A DNA stretch of 64,000 nucleotides from Bugula neritina (taxonomy: Eukaryota > Animalia > Bryozoa). Within the stretch, counting starts at the first letter, position 1; every line of letters begins with the position of its first letter. The translations under genes were made by a program, and so were the position numbers. Positions 13,335 through 51,128 of the stretch are shown here, in pieces. The notes under the pieces are model-generated. The model was not told where the DNA came from, did not search any database, and was given only the letters and a program-made list of their open reading frames with translations. The stretch covers positions 5,900,729-5,964,728 of the forward strand of contig OZ037770.1 of NCBI GenBank assembly GCA_964035545.1, read 5' to 3'.

Positions 13335-16300
13335 GATGTTTCTGTCTATTTTTATAGAGCTCTTAGTAGTTAAATTTTAATCACGGCAAATGACGTGCTG
13401 TTCGTTTGCTGGTTGTAATTGAAAAAAGCGCTCACAGCTAGGGTGGTTATGTAACACCCTATACGCTATTGAGTTGGCTTCGCCCTGCTGGCCCCCAAGC
13501 TGACCTATTCTATACGTCACTGGGCAGCATATTATCAATTACTTCTCCCCCCAGACTTCTTTTGTATCTGTTGACATGCTATAATAAACTATGCATGTTG
13601 ACCAAGTCGCACAAGAAGTCTCTTAAATAAGATGGTGGCGCTCTAGTACGTTGGCTACGCTCCAACTGTACTGGCGGGCTGCTGCTACTGGTGACTGTAC
13701 CACTACGGGTGGTGTCGCCAGTACTGGGGAGGTCCACCAGTACGGGTGGTTTCCTCCTAGCTGCCTTTTCTTCATGAATTTGAGGAATTTCCATCTCATC
13801 AGGGGCGGCAGGTGGGTCGGCCGGCTCCACTAGTGATGAGGACGGCCCAGACCGGTCTTCCGGTGTGTCGGCCGCCTCCTCCTGGGGTGGGGGCAGCCGG
13901 GGCGGGTCGGTCGGCACGTCAGCTGCTTCATCCTGATCTGGCAACACCTCCTCTATCTCTCTGTACGCCATGCCTCGCCCTCTCATGGAGGGCGACGTGC
14001 AGGCTCTAAGAGTGGAGGGGCCTGTCTTGCTGCATCAGGGCTCACCAAGTATGGTTTCAACCGTGCTTTGTTCTGGATTGACACTTGGCCAGAATGTTCC
14101 CTTTTGTATGTGTGATTTGGCACCACCTCAACTTGGCAGTAAGGACCCTCGAACTTTGGCTCACATAACACTTTCTGAGCCGTTCTCATGCGTTTCACAG
14201 GCTCGTCCACATAATCGTTGACGTTGCTCTCTGGAGCCGGAACGTGGTAAGTTACGTGCTCAGGAACCCTTGTTTCTCTCTCCAGCATGAGAAAATTAGG
14301 GGTCTCTATTGTACTGGAGTGAGGGGTACTACGGTAAGTTTGCATGATTTGCGGCAGTACCAAGTCCCACTCTTCCTGGCTCTTACCGATAAGCAGGCTT
14401 TTCAGTGAGTCCCCTAGCATTCGGTTGTTTCGCTCCACAACCCCAACTTTGGTTAACCCTTTACGTTTTACAGAGATTGCTCCTAAGTTGCGACTGAAAC
14501 TGGGCACCTTGATCATAATGTAATTGTTTCGGCAAGTCAAAATAACAGAACACCTGCTGATCCAAGGCTCTGGCCACAGTGGGGGCCGACGCATCTGGAA
14601 TAGCCAGCGCATCAGCCCACTGAGTAAAATGATCAGTTCACACCAGTATCCAGTTTTTACCTCTCATTATCGTGGGCACGGGGCCTACCAGATCTACAGC
14701 AACTACCTGCCACGAACGACTGGCATGAAGGCGGCGTCTCCCTGCGGTCTCAGTGGATGCTTGCTAGCTTGGCATATCTCAGACTTCCGCACCCAGAGTC
14801 GGACATCCCGGATCATACCGGGCCAAAACCACTGGAGTTGAAGACACCTAGTCACCCGCTCAGCTCCTGCATGAGCCTGCTTATGGGTGTCCCAGATCAA
14901 CTCCCGCCGCAGAGCAAACGGACAGACTACCCTCTCTCGTTCTCGGTGAGTTGCGCTGGTTGCTGACGTCGTTAGCAACCCATCACCATTAAACCTGAGG
15001 GAGTCCCAGCGGTCACAGAAATACTTAAACTCTGCACACTTAACCCGCTGTTCGGCTTCACTAGGCCACCGTCCCCCCTTCTTGGCACGGACTAAGTCAG
15101 CTACTACGCCCTGGTAGTGTAGTTTGGAGCCGACACAGCTCCTTGACGTTCTTGAGCAGCGTGGGGTTTGCACAGCTTTATTAGGGGGTTCAGACCAAAG
15201 TTGTCCTTCCTCCCAGCTGTATATGCCTGCTTTCCCCACCTGTTTTTCAACGTCAGAGCGAGGGGGTCCACCATCCCTACGCTTTATGTTTTGGCATTGC
15301 TTACATCTATCTGCCTGGCGGCGGCTCAATCCATTGGCATTACAGTGTTTCTTACCGCGTCCGTATGCGATCCGATAAGAAAACTCTGCCAGGGTTTCAA
15401 GCCAGCGCGCTACTTGGCTAGATGGTTCAGCCCATCGACACAGCCATATCAAGGACACGTGGTCCGTGCGTAGTCTGAACGTACGCCCATACAGATACGG
15501 TCTAAAGTGTTTTACCGCCTCGATTACTGCCAGGAGCTCTCTCCTGGTTGTACAGTAGTTCTTCCCAGGCGCCAACAGAGCTATACTATAGTAAGCTATC
15601 ACCAGCTCGTGGCCATCTTAGACCTAAGACAGCACATTGTGGTTACTGGCATCAGTATCCAAAATATACTCCTTGGCCGCATCATGGTACGTCAAGAAGG
15701 GCGCCTCTACCAAGCGATCCTTGAGGTGGTCAGATGCCTGCTGTTCTGTATGCATCCACTGCCATCGCACCCCTTTTGCTGTTTGTCGGTTTAATGGCTA
15801 CGTAATTCCTTCGATGTCCGTTATGTACTGACGATAGTACCCTACTAGCCCCTGGAATGACCGCAATTCAGGGAGGTCGACAGAGACAGCCCAGTCCCTC
15901 ACAGCCCATACCTTCTCAGAGTCGGTGGCGACCCCGTCACAACCTACTACATGCCCCAGGTACTTAACTTCTTGTTGCAGCAATGTGTACTTAGAAGGAT
16001 TGAGCTTCAGACCAGCCGCTCGAAGTCTGTCAAACACCTCTCTAAGCCGACTGACATGAGTGTCGAAGTCAGGGGAGATGACAATGAAATCATCAAGATT
16101 GATGAGTAAAGTCTTCCAGTGTAAAGGCCTGGCCACACAATCGTGAGAATCACACGAAATCGTCTATTTGACACGAAAAAACATTCGTACGAGAAAATTT
16201 GAGGAAATTCCAACGAAGTCGTCATCGTTGGGTGTACACAACGATGACGATGGATGAAAAATCACAATCAACGATAAGTACCATTTGATTGGTCAATAGA

Positions 16301-18510
16301 ATTTTAGCAACAGTGATTTTTTCATTTCTACCACATTTCTCTATTTGGCAATTTTCTGCTGCTTGTATCTTGTGCAAGACTCATTCACGGACTAATAAAA
16401 TGACTTGTTGCCATCAAAGTGGTATATATTAGGGGTGTATATATGTATTATACACGCCAAATATTTACTACAAATTTCAAAAATAGCATAAATTAAGTAG
16501 TATTACTATGCCTATTTGCATCCAATTTACTAGTCTTACATTTATAGCAACTGTAATGTATTTTGCGTAAAATAGCTATTGCAAGCATTATTCAATTCAT
16601 ATTCACATTGTAATCACAGCGAAGCTTAAACTTTATAGCTTTGTATTTACGTGCATGAGTGAGTTTTAAACGGTTTTTTAATTTTATATGCATAAAAAAT
16701 GTGTTTAAAAAACTTTACCAATAAACAAAACTAAAAAAATGTACACATAAAATACCAAAAAAATAACAAAAAATGGCAAATTTTACCTTTATAACTTATA
16801 TAAACTTGCGGTACCAATCTCGGCATAGTGACTTTTCGTCTAACGGGCGTGTGGCTGGTCAATACGAAAAGATGACTCACGAAAATCGTTACACGAGTTT
16901 CGTGTGATTCTCACGAGCGTGAGGCCAAGCCTTAAACCATTCAGAACCTGCTCCATGAGTCGCTGGAAGGTAGCCGGCGCAGACATAAATTCAAACAGCA
17001 GCACCTTCCACTTCCAGAGCCCGTCCCACGTAATAAACGCGGCCTTATCCAGTGCATCAGGACTCAGGGGCGCCTGCCAATACCTGCTTAGCAAGCCCAA
17101 CGTACTGAAGAACTTGCTACCAGCTAAGGCATCTAGCGACTCGTTGATCCTAGGTAGAGGGTAAGCGTCCTGGATGGTCACGTTGTTCAGTTTGCGATAA
17201 TCCACGCAAAACCTCCAGCTCCCATCCTTTTTTCGAACTAGGAAAACTGAAGAGCTCCAACCACCATGAACTGGCTCAATCAGGTCTCGGTTCAGAAGGT
17301 CTTGCACCTGTCTGCTTACTTCCTTTTCCTTTTCAGGACCTAACCGGCGGGTCGGCTGCTTCATAGGCACCAGCCGCCAGGGGTATCTCATGACAGACAG
17401 CCTTAGCCAGGCACATATCATGGTCGCCGCAACTGAACACATCTTTGTAATCAGAGAGTAGCTGCGCCACTACCAGGCGTTCCCGCTCCCTCTTACAGCC
17501 ATTACAGGCATGCCCGTGCAAATCTACAAAGTGTTCAGGCACTGACCCCCTGATGTTCCTAGTGGGTACCTGTCGGGCCTGTACGGAGTGGAACTTCCCC
17601 ACTATTGACCCAGCCGGCAATTCTACCAGCTCCGTGAAAGGATTAACACACTGGACCAGAAATTTTCCCCCCCCAGCTCATCCAGTCTGTTCAGACTGTT
17701 AGTGAGCTGGACGCCCCTAAGCGCACCTTTCACCACTCCTAAGTCGGAGATTTCCCTACAGTTCACTCTGCAGCGAACTGTAGCCCGACAGCGCCTAGGT
17801 ACAATACAGCGCTTTACCACCTGCACTCCCCCCACCAAGTGTCTGCCAAATCGGTCTACACAAGCCAGCTCGTGCCCGGCCATCACCACCGCCGACTTGT
17901 TAAAGTCAATGTGGCACCTGTGTCGCTTCAGAGATGGCATGCTCAAGATGGCGTCCTCCTTGAGTTGACTGACGATGAAGGTCACTCCATCGAAGGCGGC
18001 CTCCTCACCCAATTGGGTTTGGGCCCTAGCCTTGGCCTCAGAGGGTTAAACTGAGGCCCACAGTCGGCAGAGTCTATCGTGGGCCATTTCCGTTTAACTG
18101 CCTCCCTCTACCGTTGGGGTAGCTTCGTACGAAGTGCCCACTGCTACCACATCCCCAGCATATGGGGCCTTGCCTGCTGACAACAGCTGTCTGCGACCTG
18201 GTGGGTCGCTGGGCTACGACTGTTGGCATAGTTGCCTCATCTCGGCTAACAGCTCTCGAACCAAGCTTGAGGTCAAGCTTGTCGGCTGCCGCCGTGGCGA
18301 CATGTACAGCCGTCTTGGCCGATGACGTCAACGTCGACACATCGTCGTCGGCCTCGACTTGCTGTACTGTCGCCCCAGGCCGGCACGTACTGTCGACTTA
18401 TAAATAAGCATTCCCACGCCTGAAAGCTCCCTCCATGGTTTCAACTTCAGCTACCAGCAGGTGTTGCTTCAGCCCTAGGTTGTTAATAGATTGCAGGAAA
18501 GCATCTGGTG
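12690..18510 (-). mobile_element. Decayed Ty3/Gypsy LTR retrotransposon (gag-PR-RT-RH-IN); LTRs not found
   Basis: gag knuckle CWGCGSSGHFVRSY (~18130); partial protease; RT KKDGSWRFCVDYRKLN..DAYPLPRI..NLDD; RNase H TDAS..NYCTTRRELLAV..RTDH; integrase HKQAH..WFWPGM..CQ, core and GPY motif. Many frameshifts and stops. The left boundary is inferred from GC content. Confidence 0.93.
16125..16932. mobile_element. Non-autonomous PIF/Harbinger-type element (808 bp) inserted in the Gypsy RT
   Basis: ~35-bp TIRs aggcctggccacacaatcgtgagaatcacacgaaa / tttcgtgtgattctcacgagcgtgaggccaagcct; TAA TSD at 16122-16124 and 16933-16935. Removing it restores LMEQVLNGLHWKTLLINLDD. Confidence 0.9.
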
Positions 18511-18694
18511 CCAGACTCTGCCGACTATTCGAGATTTGCTGTTCAATCAGAAGCAACACAACTCTCATGCTATACATTGCTACGCTAGTGTAGTCATTAG
18601 AATTAATCCTGACAATACACTAACCTACCTTCCAACCTAATTTTGCGTGAGCAGCAATGGAAAAGAGACTGGGTCTGGAACATCAGTCACCATC

Positions 18695-18880
18695 GGAGCG
18701 TGTCCTTATTGCATGACCGAGGTGATGCCCAATCACGCATATAAGGTGGAACGTTCGGTTCAAGTGTCAATTCAAGACGAAGCTCACCTGAAGCCATATT
18801 GAATGAGCCCTGATGCAGCAGGCCGGTTCCCTTACTCCTAGAACCTACGCACTTTCCTGACATGAGAGAGAGGCTGAAGA
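18695..18880 (+). mobile_element. Second, inverted Gypsy integrase C-terminal fragment
   Basis: Translates CPYCMTEVMPNHAYKVERSVQVSIQDEAHLKPY*MSPDAA, homologous to GPYCQVEVVPNHTYKREHSGQVSIQNKARLKPYLVSPDAA at ~14030-14150 (minus). Confidence 0.85.
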
Positions 18881-19223
18881 CCAACAATATTATATTTTGC
18901 ATGTTTAATATTTAAAAGTTATTAGTAATGACAATATGAATTAAAAATAATATTTCATGCATGATAAAATTTGGGGCCTTGGTGCCACGGTGGTGGCTGT
19001 TGAACATTTGCTTGGGCTTTCTTTTTAAGGTGACATGACCTGCTTGGCTACATTTCAATGACTGATTCTTTTTTTTCTTGTGTTCTGTTTTTGGTGTGCT
19101 TGCTTATGGCAGAAATTTTGTCATCGATGAAGTTTACGTCATTCATTTTTTTATATTTTCTTTTGCATCCATGTAAAGTAATATCATGACAAACATGTAG
19201 CTGATTAGGATAATATTACTAAC

Positions 19224-45172
<25,949 letters not shown>

Positions 45173-46079
45173 TGTTGTCTTGTTCAAAAAATTAACTATA
45201 ACAAAAGGAATATTTAATCAATTGTAGATTTCTTAATGATAAGAATGCCAATGACGATTATACAAAGAGGTATCAGGTATATTTATAGTTTTTGATTACT
45301 ATATATATGTAGGTATATGGGATTAGCTTTTTATTGATATTTTTAATACTATATATGAATGTATGTATTATATGAGGTAAACTTTTTATATATGTATAAG
45401 ATTAGTTAAGATGAACAAGAAATTCCCAACATTAACTTGTTAAACCAAGCAGCTACAACATCCATGCAAGTTGAGCAAATAAAAACACAGGCTTAACTGA
45501 TACAATTGTATATGAACTAAAAACACTGGTTCTAATAATGATGTGATATTATTATAGTTCCTAAACACTGAGCACACCAACTTGTTATAACCTATACCTA
45601 TTTGATAAATGTTCTAGTAATCAGTTTTATTCACTCAATTTTCTAATTTGTCAATAAAAACTTTTAAGGTTCTCATCATTGAACAAATTATTGCCAATTG
45701 TATTTGCAAGGAAGCATTACCGAGCAGTAAAAGTTGTATGGTCTCAAAATCTCAGCTAGAAGATTGCTCTTCAAAAGAGAGAAATTGCTTTAAAGTTACA
45801 AAAATCTGAAAGTGAAGCTACCTATCAATTAGAATTATTATGTTGATAGTAGACTTAAAATTTCTTGTCATAAACACTTACATTGCAACAATGAGAACAT
45901 GACTAATACAATCTCACACATACCTGTACTTGTAGATAGTGTCCTGTTACAGAAAACAGAGGGTTAGCTGCTAAGTTGTGAAAGTTGTGTTTATAATATT
46001 AATGCAGCATTTGATTTATACACAGAGATCAAGCTGTAGGAAGGTCAAATGTCATTGCAAGGTCATATATATACATATG

Positions 46080-47762
46080 CAGGGATGTAGTGGCAAAAAT
46101 ATTCTAGGCCATACTCTCAGGCCGGGGGTCCAGGGGGCCGCCCAGGCCCCCCGGCGGGGTCCGGGGCAGCGCCCCGGCCGCCGAAGCCCTCAGAGCGCTT
46201 CTGATGCAAATTTATGCAATTTAAAGCCATTGTCAATTATAATTCTTCTGAAAAAAATCTGTGTTAAAATGTGCACCTCGCTATTATTTTCATACCATAC
46301 ATGCAGCTACATGACGACTGGGCATTGCTGCAAACTACACAAATATTCAGTATTGTTCCATACATGTTGACTGTAATTTTAAATATAGTCTTACTCAACT
46401 GCAGTCAGGTTTGTTCTGACACTAAGTTCAACCTGTACAGAAAAATTGCTGAAGATCTCAAAAAGATGTAAGGATAGATCGAGGCAAGTAACAAGTGCTC
46501 TCCAAATGCAACCTGATTACTTTAAATAACTAATACACTGCTGTGCACAGAAAAAGAATAATAAATCAGAACAGAAGAAGATTGCTAATCAGAAAATGTG
46601 TGTTGGTTGTTTATAAAGAGCAATTTAAATAGATAACTCATTGGCAAGCAGAAATTGGTTGAAAACTTATTCGGAGTTTATTAGAGTACTAGTCTAATCC
46701 ATAAGGAGATACCACCACACCTCCTTACACGCAAAGCACACCCAAGAACAGTATGTTAACAGGTTAACCTAGAAGATGATTAAATGTAAAGCCAGACGTT
46801 AGTACAATCAAACATAAAAGGTTACTTATGGTGGTGTACAGTTTGCAAAACCTTATTGCATTAATAATTAACATGCAATAACGCTAGGTTTTTTCATTAG
46901 CCTTTCCTACACACCTGGTACTGTTTCTTGAAGACATTTTGATTTTATTTCTGGATTTCAGGTTGGTTTTTTTCCAAATTCTATTGCTTATTGACAAAAC
47001 GCAAGTCTACACAAGATAGATAAGGGCAACCTTCTAGCTGTCACAGCCTTGCTGAGGCCACATTATTGGTATATTATAAGAATTCAGTCCGGCAAAATAA
47101 AACCTCACTTAATTGTGCTAGAATTAAAATTTAAAAACCATGTTTTAGATCTTCCTGTTCCTCAGAGCACCTGCTTTTTTGAGTTTTCAATATTTGTTTT
47201 GCAAAGTTAGACAAAAATCTACCCATTTTTGGCCAATTTTACCTGAAAAATTTATTTTTCAATCCCTGCCAAATATCTCAGCAGGAAAGCATGGTATTCG
47301 AATAGAACAAACACTGTCGGAAACCTGAGAAATTTATGCATGGCAACTTTTTTGATCTTTTCAATAGCCTTCATAGATTTTCTACAAGTTAGTGATTTAT
47401 ACACTGAAAATGGAAATATTGTTTCCTTAGTTATCACCAATGCACAGCACTTCGCGCTTCAATGAACACGTAGAGATGAGAAGATGGAATGTTGATAGCT
47501 GCTTATTATTCATAGTGTAATCTCAGGCTAAGCAATCACAAGTAGGCAACACGCATGCCACCCACATAGCATTAACATAACAAGAACTTAAATTAGATTG
47601 TGAGCGAAATTTATGATATTCTCAGTGAGGATGCCCAAACTATCCTGTGCACTAATCATCTTTCAAAAATAATTATGCCCATACGGGCGTATGGCCTAGA
47701 CCAGCCTATTTTCTTCTAGGCCATACGGCGTATGAGACCGTATGGGTACCACTACATCCCTG
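46080..47762. mobile_element. Non-autonomous hAT DNA transposon (1683 bp)
   Basis: 14-bp perfect TIR cagggatgtagtgg/ccactacatccctg; 8-bp TSD tacatatg (46072-46079, 47763-47770); empty site in the paralogous region at ~7070-7085. Confidence 0.92.
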
Positions 47763-49601
47763 TACATATGTATACTAATCACAATTGAATTTGATTAAAT
47801 TGATCGAAGTTTAACTTCAAGATATGCTATGATCCATAATGCATTACATATTACAAGGATGACTCAAGTATTTAATTATAGAAACATTTCACTAACAATT
47901 ATTGAGCAAGTGAGATAATCGAATTAGCAGTGCAAAAAGTCAAATGCTTTTCCTCATTCAGCTAAAATCATTAGTAAATTGTAAAAAAGCTAGTAAAGGA
48001 CAAGTTATCATTGTGCCAGCTGATAAAGAATTACTGAGCGCTGAATTCATACAAGTTGCTATTTAAACAGTAACTTTTACTCAGTGATTCCAAGACTCTA
48101 GCTTTATATGAATAAGACTAAATATAAAAAGAAGCACACGTATTTGGCAAGAAGATTAAACAATTATTTTGTTAGTAAGAAAACACTAATATGGTCATTC
48201 TATATTAAAAGAAAGCACAGCACAATGCATTGTAAAAAAAGGTAGTGTGCTTTACAGTATAGTGTACCTAGCATAGTGTAGGATGGTATAATATATAGTA
48301 TCGTACAGTATAGCATGGTATAGTATAGTATAGCATAGCATAGCATGGCATATCATAGCATAGCATAGCATAGCATAGCATAGCATAGCATAGCATAGCA
48401 TAGCAATGTAGAGGATGATATAGTATAGTATATAGTACAATATACTATATAGTATATAGTATAGTATAGTGTAGTGTAGCGTATTGAAATTCAGTTGATG
48501 TGACTTATATACACACTATTCACAATGCACTTTTTACATTAAAGAAATATACTTACAAACTTACTATACATGAAAGTGAATAGCTTGAGTCTTGTAGCTC
48601 CAAGATTTCTACACTCTATATAGAGTCTGCTCAAGTTCCTCTGGCTAATAATTGATACAAAACATAATTAAGGTCGCCTTCAGTAATAAACTGTCAGAAA
48701 TGTAGTGTCAGTTCTTTTTGATATAACTGCTCTACGGGTGGTAGGAAGTGTCTTGCCTTTTTATTACATTGAGCAAGTATAGAATAAACAATCAAACCCT
48801 TTGAGCCTAGGACTGCACTTGATGTCATATCAAATAATATTATGCTGGTGTAGTTACTACTTAAGAATTGTCTATATTATAGATTACTGACAAATCAAAC
48901 TGAATTCATGGCATATTTACAATCTCACATATATAAACTAAACCATCAAAGATTATTCAGGGTTGTCCCCTCAATTTGTATTAATATTTTTGCAGAATCA
49001 TATATGTTCACATTTGTGGAACTGACTCAGGTTACACAGCAAGTAATATGTTACAGATGTTTGCTGTTGTACTACACTTGCAAAACATCTCACTAAAACT
49101 AACATAGTTTCCATGCAGTCTGTGATATTATTATCCAAAATTAAATATGCAGAGATTTTTATCTGAATTTGCTGGTATTTTCATAATTGGAGATAGTGTC
49201 GCATCATATCATGTTTATTTTCAAATATGTTAAAGGGTGATGCAATCATTTCTGTTACACAGTAGCTTGCCATCAACTACATTGCATTTTTCCCTGATAT
49301 GTTATCATGTTTATTTTTAAACATTATGGAGTTATTGCCCCTTGCAGTGTGAGTGGCTCTAAGATTTTAAGTACTAAGCGTCCTTTTTGTAAATCTGTTC
49401 AAAAGATGCTCATATTTTGTATTATAATCTGAAGAAGTTGTTTGAGGTCCCCATAAAACTTTTACTCAAATCTTTGTTTTATATCTACTCGAATTTTTGA
49501 ATAAAAAAAAATCTGTATACTCTAAAGATTTATTGAGTGTATGTAAAGTAAATAATATATAATAAAAGGATAATTAGCAATAATCTAGTAGTTTGGTGTT
49601 A

Positions 49602-51045
49602 CTAAAATGAGTCTTCAATAAAAAATTCTTCAGGGTCATCTTGAAGACTACTAGTTGAAGTGTTGCACATTTCACCAGATTCACCACTGTGTGATGTCAC
49701 ATCCTCTACCAAGTATAAAGTAAATGTTGGTGCTGCTGCTCTCTTTGTTTGCCAGTCATCATGATTATTGGAATTCTGTTTTCAGTTAATGTGATAGCAA
49801 GTCAATTTCGAAATATTCACAAAGTGAAATTTGCACCGTTTAAAAACAAGTTGTAAAGCTTTAAATATACAGGTCAACAGTTGTATAAGAGTTATCTGTT
49901 CCCAATGCTAACAGTAGATTCAAAGTCACAATGATTCACACTGCTAGGCACTAACCATTGAGAGTCAAATCCATCATTACATCATCTCTACCAAACTGGT
50001 CATCCATTCTCTCACCACGTGTGCTGTGATGATGTGAATATTTAGCAAAGGGAGGAATGAGGTGCTGCAGAGGACTCCTGGAGCTCATTCTAAAAATATA
50101 ATAATACAAATGTTATACAGTTTTCAGAGTTGCGAACTGCTGCTGGGGAGGATGACACATAGAGACCTGTATACATGCGTTACTATGTTGTGGTAGCAAC
50201 CAGCCTTCATCTACACTACCCCTTGCTATTTAAATCTGTTTAAGACAGATTGTTGAGGTAAAAGACGAAAGTTGTAGGAAACTAAAAACTAGTCACGCAA
50301 AGTTATAACTGTGTGTGAGTGTAACCTCCAGGTCTCAGGTGTCTTCAATAATAACATTTTGGAGGAGTAAAATTATGTGTATTACTAAATTTGGTACAGT
50401 GCTTTTCTGAACCAAATATATGCTAATTTATGGCAATGTTTGCGCATGTCTAACATAAATTAGATTTGTCTCCTCATAGACTTAATATTGAGAATCAGAC
50501 GACTCCACAAGCGAAAGCTGAAATTAGCAAGATAAGGAGAAAAAAATTATAAAATAGTGGAGCTATAAAAAAGGTTCAAAATATATTTTTGAAAATGATT
50601 ATTACAAAACAAAATTAAAAACCTCAAAAAAAGAGCTTTTAAATATTCTTGAGCTAAAACTACTGAAAATGCTGAAGGAGAAGACTAAGCAATATTATAG
50701 TAATGCAAGTGGATAGACAGTATACTATACTATAGTGACATGTAATACAGGTGGATACACAGCATATTATACTATAGTGACATGTAATGCAGGTGGATAC
50801 AGTATACTATAGTGACATGTAATACAGGTGGATACACAGCATATTATACTATAGTCTTACTAATATACAACTTGACTTGCACAGAACAAAAGCTAGAGAT
50901 GACTCACTCATGGAGCATAGGTATGATGTCATTGGAGAGAGCTGCCGCGGAGTAGACGCTGTCATTCTGCCACTTGAGGGTCGCTTGATGTTCAGAGATC
51001 TGCTTTCTAGCTGAGAACCAGAATGGTTTGTGCAGTGGAACCCAG

Positions 51046-51128
<83 letters not shown>

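Noticed and set aside
13400-13560. PPT and 3' LTR of the Gypsy element
   Set aside because: A purine tract exists (13541-13560, minus), but there is no TG..CA repeat or matching 5' LTR in the window.
18509-18530. Similarity to 52054-52076 (tgccagac..ctgccgactatt)
   Set aside because: A short gapped match whose second site is RAD17 coding sequence; most likely chance.
45978-46471. ORFs as hAT transposase
   Set aside because: They span the insertion junction and GC hairpin, with no BED finger or DDE motifs recognised.
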